From IMG/VR virus record IMGVR_UViG_3300042197_002946, positions 32,001 to 96,000 of that record: DNA of 64,000 nt; one strand, given 5' to 3'. Position 1 is the stretch's first letter, and the number at the start of each line of letters is the position of its first letter. A program made the translations under genes and the position numbers. The stretch comes from a virus. This document shows, piece after piece, positions 24,901 to 30,700 of this stretch. The notes under the pieces were generated by a model. The model made no database searches and was not told where the DNA came from. It was given only the letters and a program-made list of their open reading frames with translations.

Positions 24901-27718
24901 GCTTATGCCTTATTATAGTAGTGTAGCTAATATGGAGAAAGCTGTCAACGATTGGGCATTAGGTAATTTTGATAGGGTGGCCGACTGGAGCTTGCTCGGA
25001 GTATCTCTTGCATCGGGATATTCGCCCATCAAGGCAGAAGCAGCAATGAAAAGCGCCGAGAGTATCAGAGGAGCCAGAACAAAAAGAAAGAGCAAAGAAG
25101 GATCTGTACCAGATAAAGAATCATCTATTAATAGTGCTACAGAATATTTATTTAAAAAAGATGCATTATTCTATAAGGATGATTTCTTATCGGCGGTGGA
25201 ACCATCATATCCAGAAGCTGGAAATATTGCAGGAGCTAAAATACCTAACCTTGTTGATATTATGCAGAGACGTGCGGCTAGGCAAATAGCTGGCAATAAA
25301 GATGCGAAAAAGGCAGAGATATCAGCTAAGGCCAGTTTAGTTAATTTCAAGAGCGAAGAAGTTCCTTTATTAGGTGATATTGTTTGGCAAAAAATTAAAG
25401 AATCATCACTAGCTGCTGGACCAGCATTATCTAGTGCTGCTGATTGGCAAAATGCAGCAACTGCTGACGGTGTTCCACCACCAGCTAAAATTAGTGGTCA
25501 AGACGATTTAATGGCAGCTGTGGACTATATAGCTTGGATTCAGGCTAAGGTACTAAGACTAAGAGATAAGGCCACAGAACAAAATAATAGAGAGTCTGTT
25601 GAAAATCTAGGCTCTGAAGCTGAATTTGGTAAGTACATGAGTGCTGGAAGATTTTTAAGTCAACTAGCTTCTGATTCTGAAAGGCCAGTAACAGCTAGTA
25701 CCACCATAGGACAAGCCAGTGAGAGACTGTACAGTAAATATATGAACGAGAATAAACTAGATAAATATATCAAAAAGTCTGCATTCAAGGACAAAGACTC
25801 TGGGAAAGATATAGAACAACAGTTCTGGGATGTTCCTAAAATTATCAATGAAGACAAAAGTTTTGTAGATTATATTCTTGGTTTTGCTAATCAGACTCGC
25901 ACAGCTCAAAGATTCAGACAAGCTGTCACAGGCAACGGTAGGGCAGAGCTGGGTGGTGAGCAGAAAGCGCTACTGCAAGGACAATTCAAAGCTTTTGGTC
26001 AATCAAAGAGCGCTACTGCTATGATGGGATCTGGAGCTAAAGATGCTGCTCAAACAACGATGAAAGTAGCTAGTGCTGATGGTATAGAAGAAATTGCTAT
26101 TCCAACAGAAATAGATAATGTTATTGATCAATTTTTAGATACTAGTAAGGTTTATGAACCACTATACAGAGAAACTTTAGGCAAAATACTTGAGACTAAC
26201 GGTAGAACATACGCAGAAAAATGGACAAAAAGCGGAGACCCAGGCACTGCTGGATGGGCTTCTATATGGGGAGAGTATTCAGAGCAACTCACAGCTTTAA
26301 CTGACTTTTTAGTTAATAGAGACAGATTATTAATGAGACCCATAGCAACCGAAGGGTCTTCTTTATATCCTCCAGCCGTCTTGCCATCTATCTCAGAAAG
26401 CTTATTGCCCACTTTACAATCTGTTGCTCAGGTTTCTGGCATTAAGCCCCCAGAAGATGTCACGGCCGAAACGCTATTGGGAGCTATTAATGATAGAGCA
26501 TTGATGATGGAGCAGATCAAGAGATTTATGGCCTCGGTTTCTCCCACTGCCCCAGAGGACTACGAGAAACGCGATCAAATGAAGAAAATAGCCAAACAAG
26601 CGATGGATTTTTATGAAAACAATCTGTCCCCATCTTCGTTACCTAGAGTCTTTACTCAAGAGGGTAATGAGATATGGAATAAATTACGAGAAAATTATAA
26701 AGCTGCAAATGAAGCGTATATGGGTTTTGCTGCTGATGGTAGCGATGTCTCTGTAGGACTAGGATCTTTGGAGGATATTTATAACCCATCACAAATGCCA
26801 TATGCACAAAATACATTATACGGTTTATATTATAGACTTAATAAACAAGCAGGTACTAATAATACAGTAGAGGCTCTTATGAATGAGAAGGCTGCTAAAG
26901 ACAAGGCAGCAGCAGCAGGAGCAACACCAAAACCAGAAACACAAACCCAAGACGTACCAGCACAAGCGGCAGCCGCTGCTCCCAAAGAGCCGGAACCAGG
27001 AATACCTCCAGAACCAACCAGAGAAGAAGCAGAAAGAAAAGTACAGGCCAGAGCTAAGGGTGGTCTAATTTATAGAGCTGATGGAGGAGCAGCTCCTGTG
27101 AATTGGAGCCCAAGAGGCACTGATACTGTACCAGCCATGTTAACTCCTGGCGAATTTGTGATCAATAGAGGAGCTACACAGAAATACTTACCAATTTTAG
27201 AAGCTATTAATAATGGCAGTACAACAGCTGGTCAAATTGTTACATATGCTAATCGTGGTGGAGTAATTAAACCTAAATATTTCCAAGTGGGTGGAAGTGT
27301 TGAAGGAGCCTCAAGTGGTGTATCTACTTCATATAGTATGGGGTTTGATAGTGCCACATTGGCCGCTATTAAGCAATTTGATAGCAGTGTTCAATCTCTT
27401 GGAGATGCTTTATCCGGATTACAACTTGGCAACATCAAAATAGATGAGGCTGCATTAAGTGCATTGGGGGATTTTGCTACACGATTTGATCAGTTTACAC
27501 AAAGCTTATTGAAACTCAATGTACCACCAGTTATTAGCATCACAGGACAACATGAGGTCAATGTGAATATTAATGGCACATCTGTATTTAATAATATGGA
27601 AGAGAAAATGAAGCAGCTTATTAGTCAAGAAGTGGATAAGGCTTTCACTCAGCTATCTAAGGAAACAGAAGGTAACATTACTATGAATTATAAGCCACCA
27701 CAATCACCCATGGGTTAA
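9905..27718 (+). CDS. Giant (5937 aa) tail tape-measure protein carrying multiple enzymatic domains
   Basis: N-terminal TP901-type TMP core (EFDRQLVRLTQITG...LAQAG...TRESAETIATGLRTIFTRI), hydrophobic segments, long Ala/Gln-rich helical regions, position after tube and chaperones; internal enzyme motifs listed separately. Confidence 0.9.
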   Translation: MAKAFNLTAELNLRGPSNLKQIAASIRREIGTVDATVNVKIDRAAERSILNSANALNRLNRELQTTATASASSTNNINNLVASLNSLSNALTGSNNSMQRIVSTSEQTARQMSRIRKTTAVARDEMEEFGRQSALAVRRFAAFNFATGVIYGFYNAISKALGEFTEFDRQLVRLTQITGESYSELSRITETITGLSTGLGVASGDLIRISDTLAQAGLSARETDQALRALALTALAPSFDDLNNTVEGSIALMRQFKIGTDDLAGALGSINAVAAGFAVEAGDIITAIQRTGGVFAAASKGVSEGTDALNEFIAVFTSVRATTRESAETIATGLRTIFTRIQREDTIEALKEYGVNLLDVEGKFVGAYRAVQLLSEGLGKLDPRDVSFSRIVEELGGFRQIGKVLPLIQEFSTAQQALTVAQRGQNSLAADAAKAQSALTVQFTKTRESFVALIRDIGSSDSFKTLISLGLTLANTFIKVADFAKPLLPILTTIAALQGAKSLTSFVGGFVGGLRKVRPGEDGGGGGGPANRARTERSAADITDNSRYLDANTTALMGLGTAMGGLTAVISPLQASIDNLGNAAIAQLNNEIVALNNTMSSIDLGGAATAKDGGRILRFARGGAVPGSGRGDKVPAMLEPGEVVMSNRAVSKYGRGNLVRMNKYAKGGKPKRGVPNQVNTTDVVDGDTIGADIFTNLTFRFSGIDAPEKSEPLGDKATSVLTNKKLSYFNNKITSGVGGKSRGLFKDDALAGQMIRSGLAVPDIRYAKNKFSSDVEAGRAAGQGLWNSSYANHPKRLQFKEQYGYSFGGQIQKFMSGSAGGVKSKPEPFGTGVTKFPRRISNAYAKQTEKEKTDRHFDRLIQNSPINERIMVDEAMEQQISQGMQQPLDREKFAASFRRAVLRDEIASNISNFAKLVGLPQEDLSVVLPRQLDFGSGSGPIGSRGGRDVLGGAFTTISPYGSRGAEGWDLSEFGYTKQDEQDLFGLEKLLEEKKKERDKIRKTPTRTFDDGSFSYDLQAADKASDEYNALNKQIYDIRKKRDTAISAANKAREEEVASSGRATLGFGTRFGKAQNPVFYHELTHQLFKGLRAKSADSFEKYKQRVTTLFETDNDGLADAFDALGAGYSSADVVYGRAYKLDLLGARQREEIRKDPAGEDVKNLSSIIKSGSAAKKATQFRPINPSFNEAMLKFYSQEHLDKVEDNGKEEFLTTLVEKMPVLDQRLQGILDSTMTELLGGAGIQRQQYFDGGWVERMKTQPDDILRRELQMLHSGSFMLSVGERKVLASTFAGLGKYEDIGKRELVARMQAIKDYLDERAINQKTKYAKRRGPGLQATEKYNEQEMLDAVNYYAAGSGPFTKALVSGAKTFKEPRGETYKTKDIKDRLLAASQFTIPKKTYSGLGRSQFREILSDTNTTPKKLATKTDETLRGLVGQTIDFPTFLSVSAQKDQAEAFVQNPGALLSIDGSSTSQKTIDVVKARRKTQIDDSAIKSSRRLKGIENISEKKLDIYEEEQEFIVPPNVGFKITKATGTVYQDLSAKDLKSKSKKALSVFDDIDMFSDPDIDDFDKTRLDIKVNMLRSGGIVQKFMDGGVAQRKLGYIDYDVIANPANEAVVAKGMEATGVSGPRLYTDKLIEMAVKARKEQSLNKLRAIYGVAGAGKTTMARGQGTDKGTLRETTRFPILSPEDIHRANEIILLSSSVSQDKLDTLFADVDRAYTLSSTTSEEKERIKSQRASRDATGVGLEGRTPGSTTGVARDTVVGEALLADRLGDRSVVLGRTESGRLRRKRGDELVEIVKKRIGMTWGGFAPMTAGHESILDAAAAMGISPEDFVFLVGSNESIKLGDPSSYRTAIFNQDARVLLAKAGAGARGATVVPKAADFEVPLGIDISEQEGRRKVLLPGEGSTVFVADKTEQQTAKYREAGYKVSHIERTGGISGTMVRDLIMSGNMAELQKVLSPGVYDLISNNIGRIQNRANVLPDIIEQVKQSQGVKLAEVERAIKAVGISRIDPKKMEDPEYAAKVQVLEELRSQRDKIKRSAAFEPYRLLDKLAASQPEQYALDFSQSQIATPAPVRTVKDRAMAAVAAETSSLTSVSSGDAGIGTGQSLLDNLATRLKALGGESGLKALLKEVGEGIPLNLQKQLRTDQIKRGVLDTARVTGLIEKAEERQRQKKAEREGTRHVAMAGLQPLDYSWDPEWELADGRKYIATIRGFKSSYLQDIQRFRDRQKAAALEFGKDTTATEALDLLGQNTVQGPSRPLAIDFDETLAFGTKMLDSSGQEDISAYYDEARVREVLSKATPTRLAQRLLEIEKDQPGTVRAYTRVLTARAESLKHLVTETLNRFGLPYTDSDITGVGQRGDNDRAIARKKADNLSTIERFIDDNEKNISAAQQKGIQSYRYSEPKAFENASDYEPFGAGNIEGALLEQTLAMKIGRPIDFEALEQNRALDFPNGLGAAASLFGLPPNIETEVKRTLNKDSFTKARSEFNRYFKENPDKYNAGGVAGFADGGTVPALVSNGEAYVPPKLAKKIGYGKLNRMNQADRNGMGRFADGGISVFKGPGSGTSDSIPTSLPVGSFVIRAKATKALGLNRGGSVGVTSPQRFEMGGEVLTAAEMQRLELDMRKVFESLPEQLRDSIRNLDLPDVDTSTWNTIDISLRKVFLSVNRNVDTLGKDVVEAMRAMTTAGQNALQSIDLDRVRTRQSEIASDRGYTQVDKDRMKADVSLAKDARGAVSDRKRKNRERQEQGKAPFPMLDLMEMMRSSVGRSPDPISVTAATPVPEVQSPSRDAEYYRQRMNYSDVSGNKNTPISDRGMAYAGELTKQDDSKVDALVKQMRDMFSSAMAGIGQTPSAAGQSESWATWDIGKQLFMNQNPDQSSDKYQLGNPMQDPKLVLQMVQRMVGYEVSGGGQREGKANNIPSFELVEIGAKAMAESLGKNQAALDAFLSLVSGITVDDIVGPASPGAPTSPTPPTAPIPPTPPTPPSGGSPPSGGGSPPVPPSSPPSGDTEAMIQRYMMELETAAKATKLQTYQTERLAGATASEAKARADAAAFAAYQALAQQRLTTATTEEASAINEARSRMAATRGGATVTAQEFTPVAQSLSRGGAPAPDTTDYRKLAQDNIQALQEMNTSALAWAGGSVLAIKGLSGLVGSSTALGSALDGVSNSVGNTQALFLGFNKVLRFASEIGVSEEASKKIEDFSAKLIDAGRMVNNWAAKLPDGLFKNLASKLGGGIDLGGGQLGKLGAKLPQVISSVTSSLTAIMPTAQLVVGGLNAAAQAFIAYTDAIRNNKVENATKALDTSLKNASSALDLYNKNTVDNANQLSVMNAEIGRAAAAAKTLADIDKTNQKWSTTNLIGETLAMGGGGAESRAQRAEILDKKGTMAYVGSLLDFTGGTQQRYSQELAPQQAIKSSEQFAKVATLIQQQNQARFKAGESSSDIMNSPEWAQQAEVIARANAATEERLRLIDADISLSKSAREARKQELIQFAAAGAVRSQEIQAIRQANNDRANQESGALLYSLERMLNNMEQSISSVTYSLSKLADQTDLLRSSMTGEAKIGSSRVDAINVLQNPNVSSDVERAQASKTASQFFGAQGKDIEGLLNFGPKLEETILSSINRTVKEDPNAGSGKIEARISQNLEKELGKLNIDAGLRQVVSKQMAGSITDSRTKGDDKTDFKTLFSETAAFGKIVQSTKRAQEAAVKALEFYQQSVNNYAQSMNEMVSLQISSNEKFRRASDIRARGELDLAKTLGKSVSFEKSKQVAQAGVISQAGTADPTAIFNNIGRLEQVRQSQQGALNSAVQGGPRNQKDIIAFNRELASTTMGLRENYAALKGLAESTEVAQAAMTKIGELKAKNEAGLNILERFVTSSPKDQAKLSGAFERLDRNMNGQINNMWDSARVQEAYNEALQSGASMQEAQDAADSAAAQDRGDTLEAFRMLAPMLGENQNELKANMLESMMRESGTETSPMFSKVIEGLRNPEQDPQMAEAINQYKQAIELQSQANRYLAMLDGRLAIDIGQQSQAAFTNALNGVGQAFANTNTADMAKGIQQLNDHLRGGVTKVTNVGGGGALPFARGGKVEYRAVGGSIFQPKGTDTVPAMLTPGEFVVNKRAASANKGILTAINNGYSKGGSVKYLAEGGWVSDMLTPETDRFGDAKPGELYTKWDDFSKFASGNDVKANIEKIKANSKDIYFYKPHSYPTFSARETESSELLSQLKSGMDGDNSFFGFLPDFSMSLLNTAGNIIGATAQGVGTGAVGGAAMAANPAQFVSATAAGNFSQGQNTAGALLGNGKLGTAASWIWEAMKFVPGLGGVVSGIDAFKKLVFDYDLIGGALEAVNAVFSLIPFPGAGLLGKGISKGLGWMMKIFGKGRVATMGKTWIPKLIEATGATRLMNTVKGWLGQGPANLVEKLLPDVVKKKLGLNLAGAGKSGATLAREGIEQMSPDVLDAYKAYRKAGMAADEALARAKGRLNYVGSSTSGMQASAAQAAARNASDAGLAGRATINDMAARAVTGSAYGAGAMGTAAAGTAYMQGRTPSATMSGADKLKSITEALGFKIPDQFRSPETTSKIFDENLDNLALSEAQMQLSAVEMWIKAIDEANKWSETNKPPKAKASYSNGSYNFTSEPVNKKEYMYATIGEALSTDAIMGDLKPNIIKFYKSGNPTLSNSPDTNQISAAAESFIKSQGRDFDQLLSTDNYNRFQDINSIKDYLQDYYDSLREINTATTTPEKYNSAHWSPAQPSKQKEGRISSILGSLQAGTRYSYDFKKSELAKVSDFQWGSSAPAPAKDGEKPAESKDTGDVLTVYGTEMRAIWSNIRDAEDETIKEAIKNKNIWDGKAENAFRIYKQGSSPDQYDPLPWTTNPSLITAGMRQLAQQSTEDNIASTIGLKMGTVSRFDKVIDLPKAKRELPVSFSYQPFQQIPLLDPATTDIDSAVNQFLPGATSTEPSPTPVPGVFIKYRATEAADPTLSPFSSMAPGADKLMPYYSSVANMEKAVNDWALGNFDRVADWSLLGVSLASGYSPIKAEAAMKSAESIRGARTKRKSKEGSVPDKESSINSATEYLFKKDALFYKDDFLSAVEPSYPEAGNIAGAKIPNLVDIMQRRAARQIAGNKDAKKAEISAKASLVNFKSEEVPLLGDIVWQKIKESSLAAGPALSSAADWQNAATADGVPPPAKISGQDDLMAAVDYIAWIQAKVLRLRDKATEQNNRESVENLGSEAEFGKYMSAGRFLSQLASDSERPVTASTTIGQASERLYSKYMNENKLDKYIKKSAFKDKDSGKDIEQQFWDVPKIINEDKSFVDYILGFANQTRTAQRFRQAVTGNGRAELGGEQKALLQGQFKAFGQSKSATAMMGSGAKDAAQTTMKVASADGIEEIAIPTEIDNVIDQFLDTSKVYEPLYRETLGKILETNGRTYAEKWTKSGDPGTAGWASIWGEYSEQLTALTDFLVNRDRLLMRPIATEGSSLYPPAVLPSISESLLPTLQSVAQVSGIKPPEDVTAETLLGAINDRALMMEQIKRFMASVSPTAPEDYEKRDQMKKIAKQAMDFYENNLSPSSLPRVFTQEGNEIWNKLRENYKAANEAYMGFAADGSDVSVGLGSLEDIYNPSQMPYAQNTLYGLYYRLNKQAGTNNTVEALMNEKAAKDKAAAAGATPKPETQTQDVPAQAAAAAPKEPEPGIPPEPTREEAERKVQARAKGGLIYRADGGAAPVNWSPRGTDTVPAMLTPGEFVINRGATQKYLPILEAINNGSTTAGQIVTYANRGGVIKPKYFQVGGSVEGASSGVSTSYSMGFDSATLAAIKQFDSSVQSLGDALSGLQLGNIKIDEAALSALGDFATRFDQFTQSLLKLNVPPVISITGQHEVNVNINGTSVFNNMEEKMKQLISQEVDKAFTQLSKETEGNITMNYKPPQSPMG
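11940..12270 (+). other. SNase/thermonuclease-like domain within TMP
   Basis: VVDGDT, FRFSGIDAPE, MIRSGLA, A...GQGLW. Confidence 0.85.
12380..13640 (+). other. Zincin-like metallopeptidase domain within TMP
   Basis: VFYHELTHQL (HExxH at 13142-13156) and downstream KEEFL (~13523). Confidence 0.65.
13930..14644 (+). other. ADP-ribosyltransferase (VIP2/C3/Alt-like, R-S-E clade) domain within TMP
   Basis: TYSGL (YRG position, 14102), FPTFLSVS (FxSTS position, 14231), A..F, LLSI, EQEFIVPPNVGFKIT (ExE at 14447-14455). Confidence 0.75.
14860..15200 (+). other. P-loop (Walker A) kinase-like domain within TMP
   Basis: AIYGVAGAGKTTMAR at ~14864-14908; downstream RIKSQRASR lid-like segment. Confidence 0.7.
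15310..15830 (+). other. (H/T)xGH nucleotidyltransferase (cytidylyltransferase/NMNAT-like) domain within TMP
   Basis: GGFAPMTAGH (15329-15358) and ISGTMVRDLI (15722), then LSPGVYDLI. Confidence 0.8.
16690..17125 (+). other. HAD-superfamily phosphatase domain within TMP
   Basis: Motif I LAIDFDETL (16706), motif II VLTAR, motif III RKK, motif IV FIDDNEKNI (17063). Confidence 0.85.
17160..17400 (+). other. Probable PD-(D/E)xK nuclease-fold domain within TMP
   Basis: GALLEQ...ALDFP...ETEVKR spacing (E 17198, D 17267, ExK 17330-17338). Confidence 0.45.
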
Positions 27719-27734
27719 ATAAAAAGAGAGAACT

Positions 27735-30700
27735 ATGAGTATCAAATTTTATGATTTAGTTGGCGAACTAGGTACGGTGTCACTAGACGGATCAGGCAAT
27801 CCGATAGCTGTATCACTAATTCAAGATGGATTAGGCTTAACAGGCTATAGATTATTTCTAAATAATGTAGTAGACAACGACAGACTCTATCTTAAACTGC
27901 AACAAACAGCACAAAATGCTTTTGCTATTATTATTGGTAAATATGATGTTAATGAGTTTGGTTCAAGATCCATTATTGTTGAAAGAGTATTATCTAAATT
28001 TGGTACTTTAAGTTCTGGAGTTTATGTAGAAACTATTTCATTTAATGATATATCTATTAACCATAATGTTTCTGCCAATCAATTATTAGTTAAAAACAAC
28101 TCTTTTGTTCCCGAGTCCCAGACCTCGGATTATGTTGTAGCATTAAGTGGTAATGTTACGGTTACTTTACCATTAGCAAATATTGATTCTGAAAATATCA
28201 AATATGGATTTTTATTATCCAGCAAATATAGTGGTAGCGATACTCTCATTATTAATGCATCTGGTAGTAATAATATAATAGTCAATAATAATAATGTTTC
28301 TAGTATCTCTATGACAGGCGTGGGTTCGTATATTGAACTCATGGCAACATCGGGAGGAAATTGGTATCGACTTTATTCTACAGAGTTGCTTGGGGGAGAA
28401 TCTGCTAGTTCGGTAGTGGGTGGAGTATCAAAGAGCTTACAGTTTAATAATGCAGGGTCTATTTCTGGTGGCAAAGTTTTTTGGGATGACAATAGTAAAA
28501 CATTATATTTTGGAGATACTAATAATGTTGTTAATGCTGATTTGGTAGTAAGTGCTTCTCAAAATAAAGCGTCTGGTATATATCCATTATATGTAAGATT
28601 AAATAATGGTAACTTCTTTGCTTTGACTAAAGACGGTAAAGTATCTATCAATACTCCTAGTTTGCCATTGTATGAATCATCTCCCAATTTCCATATGGTT
28701 GGTAGATGTGCCGTATTCGAAGGTAATTGTGGATCAGCTGGAGTAGCCTTGACCTTATTTAATAATCCGGATGTTGTGCCATTAGCTGGTAGTGTTGGTG
28801 GTTCATTTAATATGTCCGCCAGAAATAGTAATCGTAATGTAGTAAATTATGCTCAGGTACAGTCTAAGATTCTTAATCCCAATAAAGGAGTATCGAGCGG
28901 TCAATTCTTAGTGAACGTTGATGTGTCTGGCAGTCCATACAATGTGATGATGTTGGATCTTGCTAATTTGGTTATGGGTAATAATGATGTTGCCAAATCC
29001 ATCGACTCTGCTGTAATAGGTAAAAATAATGATTTAACATCAATCTCTGGGGCTAAAGTCTTAGGAAATAACAATACAATAGATCGCGTTAACAACCTTT
29101 ATGTTATTGGATCTGATAATAGTATAGATTTTATCAAAAATAGTGCTAGATATATTTTGTCTGAACCTAATATTAGTACATTGTCTGGTCTAGATTGGAA
29201 CGATTTGGACGATCTACAGGCTGGAGACATCGTACAAGTTACCAACAATAATGTATTAAATGGCTATTATATAGCAAGAGAATTAGCCTGGACACCCATA
29301 GACGATAGTGTTGCTGTTGGCTATTTCGGCAATGCTAATTTCGTAATGGGTAGCGACAGCACCCTGTCTGGCAATAATCTTATAGCTATTGGTAGTAATA
29401 GTATTGCTAGTGGTAATAATTTATCTGTCTTTGGTAATTTCAATAATGTAAAAACTCAGTCTATATCTGATATTATACAAAATAATTTTCAACCCGATTA
29501 CTCTACCGTAATTGGTAATGTGAATACGTTCGATGCTAGTGGCGTAGTTATACTAGGTAACCGCAATGCAGGCAGCGGTATTAGGGCCCTGATGCTCAAT
29601 GGTTCTTTAAATACCATAGGTTCTGGCACTATAGACAGCGTAGTGATCGGAAACAACAATAATATTACAGTAGTTAGCGGATTAGTAATTGGTAATCGTA
29701 ATTTTGGAATACAATCTTTATCTACTATCATTGGACTTAATAATACTGTTAATGGCGCTAATAACATTGTGGTAGGTTCGGACAGTACTGTTAGTGGCAA
29801 TAACAATGTGCTTAGTGGAGATAGTTTAATATCTAGTGGTAGTTCATCTATTCTTTATGGGTTTAACCATGCGTCATCAGGACTGAATAATTTACTAGTA
29901 GGTTCAGATATTGTTGCAACAGGTAATAGGACTATTGGATTGGGGCAAAATCTCAACGTATCTGGTGATGATAATCTAATTGTCGGTATTAATAATAGAA
30001 CAACAGGTTCGGGTAATGTAGTGCTTAGCTATAATACTGTAGCCTCAGGCACCCTGCTCAATACTACTGTTTATGGCGCCAATAATAGATTGGTAGATAA
30101 TAGTAGTCATAGCTATACTAATATATTTGGACAAAATAATACCCTAGCCTCAGGAACATTACATAATTTAATTGTTGGTACCACTAATACAGTGACCAAT
30201 AGATACAATTTTACGCTTACGCCTATAACATTTGCAATATCAGATAATGGTACAAAATTTACAAATATAGAAGCCGCTGCATTTATTAATAATTATAGAG
30301 CCGGAGATAGTATAGTATATTCTAGTGAAAATGTTGTTGTTGGTTCTGGAGTTATTCAATCTGTTTATATTCCTAATAATGGTCCTTCGGTACTAATTAT
30401 AGAACCGGCTACGGCATTTAATACGACTCTAACCAGCGTATCTATATTATCAACTACTAAACAGCAAGAAATTATTGAGACATATGCGCGCCCAGTATCC
30501 GTTATCGGTAATGAAAATGAAGTTGTAGGGTTGTCTGGGGTAGTATTAGGACACAATAATGCTGTTAGTGGGTATAATAATACTATTATTGGTAGCGATA
30601 ATATTTATGGCGGTAATAATGCTATTATTATAGGTCAGGGTTTTGCTGGTAGCGGATTTAATAATATTGTTAATGTAGGATTTAATAATGTGGGAGGATT

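Larger units (their letters stand above)
11732..27295 (+). repeat. Dispersed peptide repeats in TMP: phi-x-x-GG pairs and DxVPAMLxPGEFV cassettes
   Basis: Cassettes at 11732-11908, 17414-17746 (double), 22163-22366, 27050-27295; short versions at 12317, 13643, 14645. DNA similarity still visible between 22223-22273 and 27116-27166. Confidence 0.9.

Noticed and set aside
11209-27068. Numerous 60-126 aa alternative-frame ORFs inside the TMP
   Set aside because: Nested shadows without RBS or recognisable motifs; no evidence they are immunity genes.
11732-27295. TMP insertions as canonical inteins
   Set aside because: No C/S-start or HN-C/S/T-end Hint motifs or LAGLIDADG blocks seen at the boundaries.
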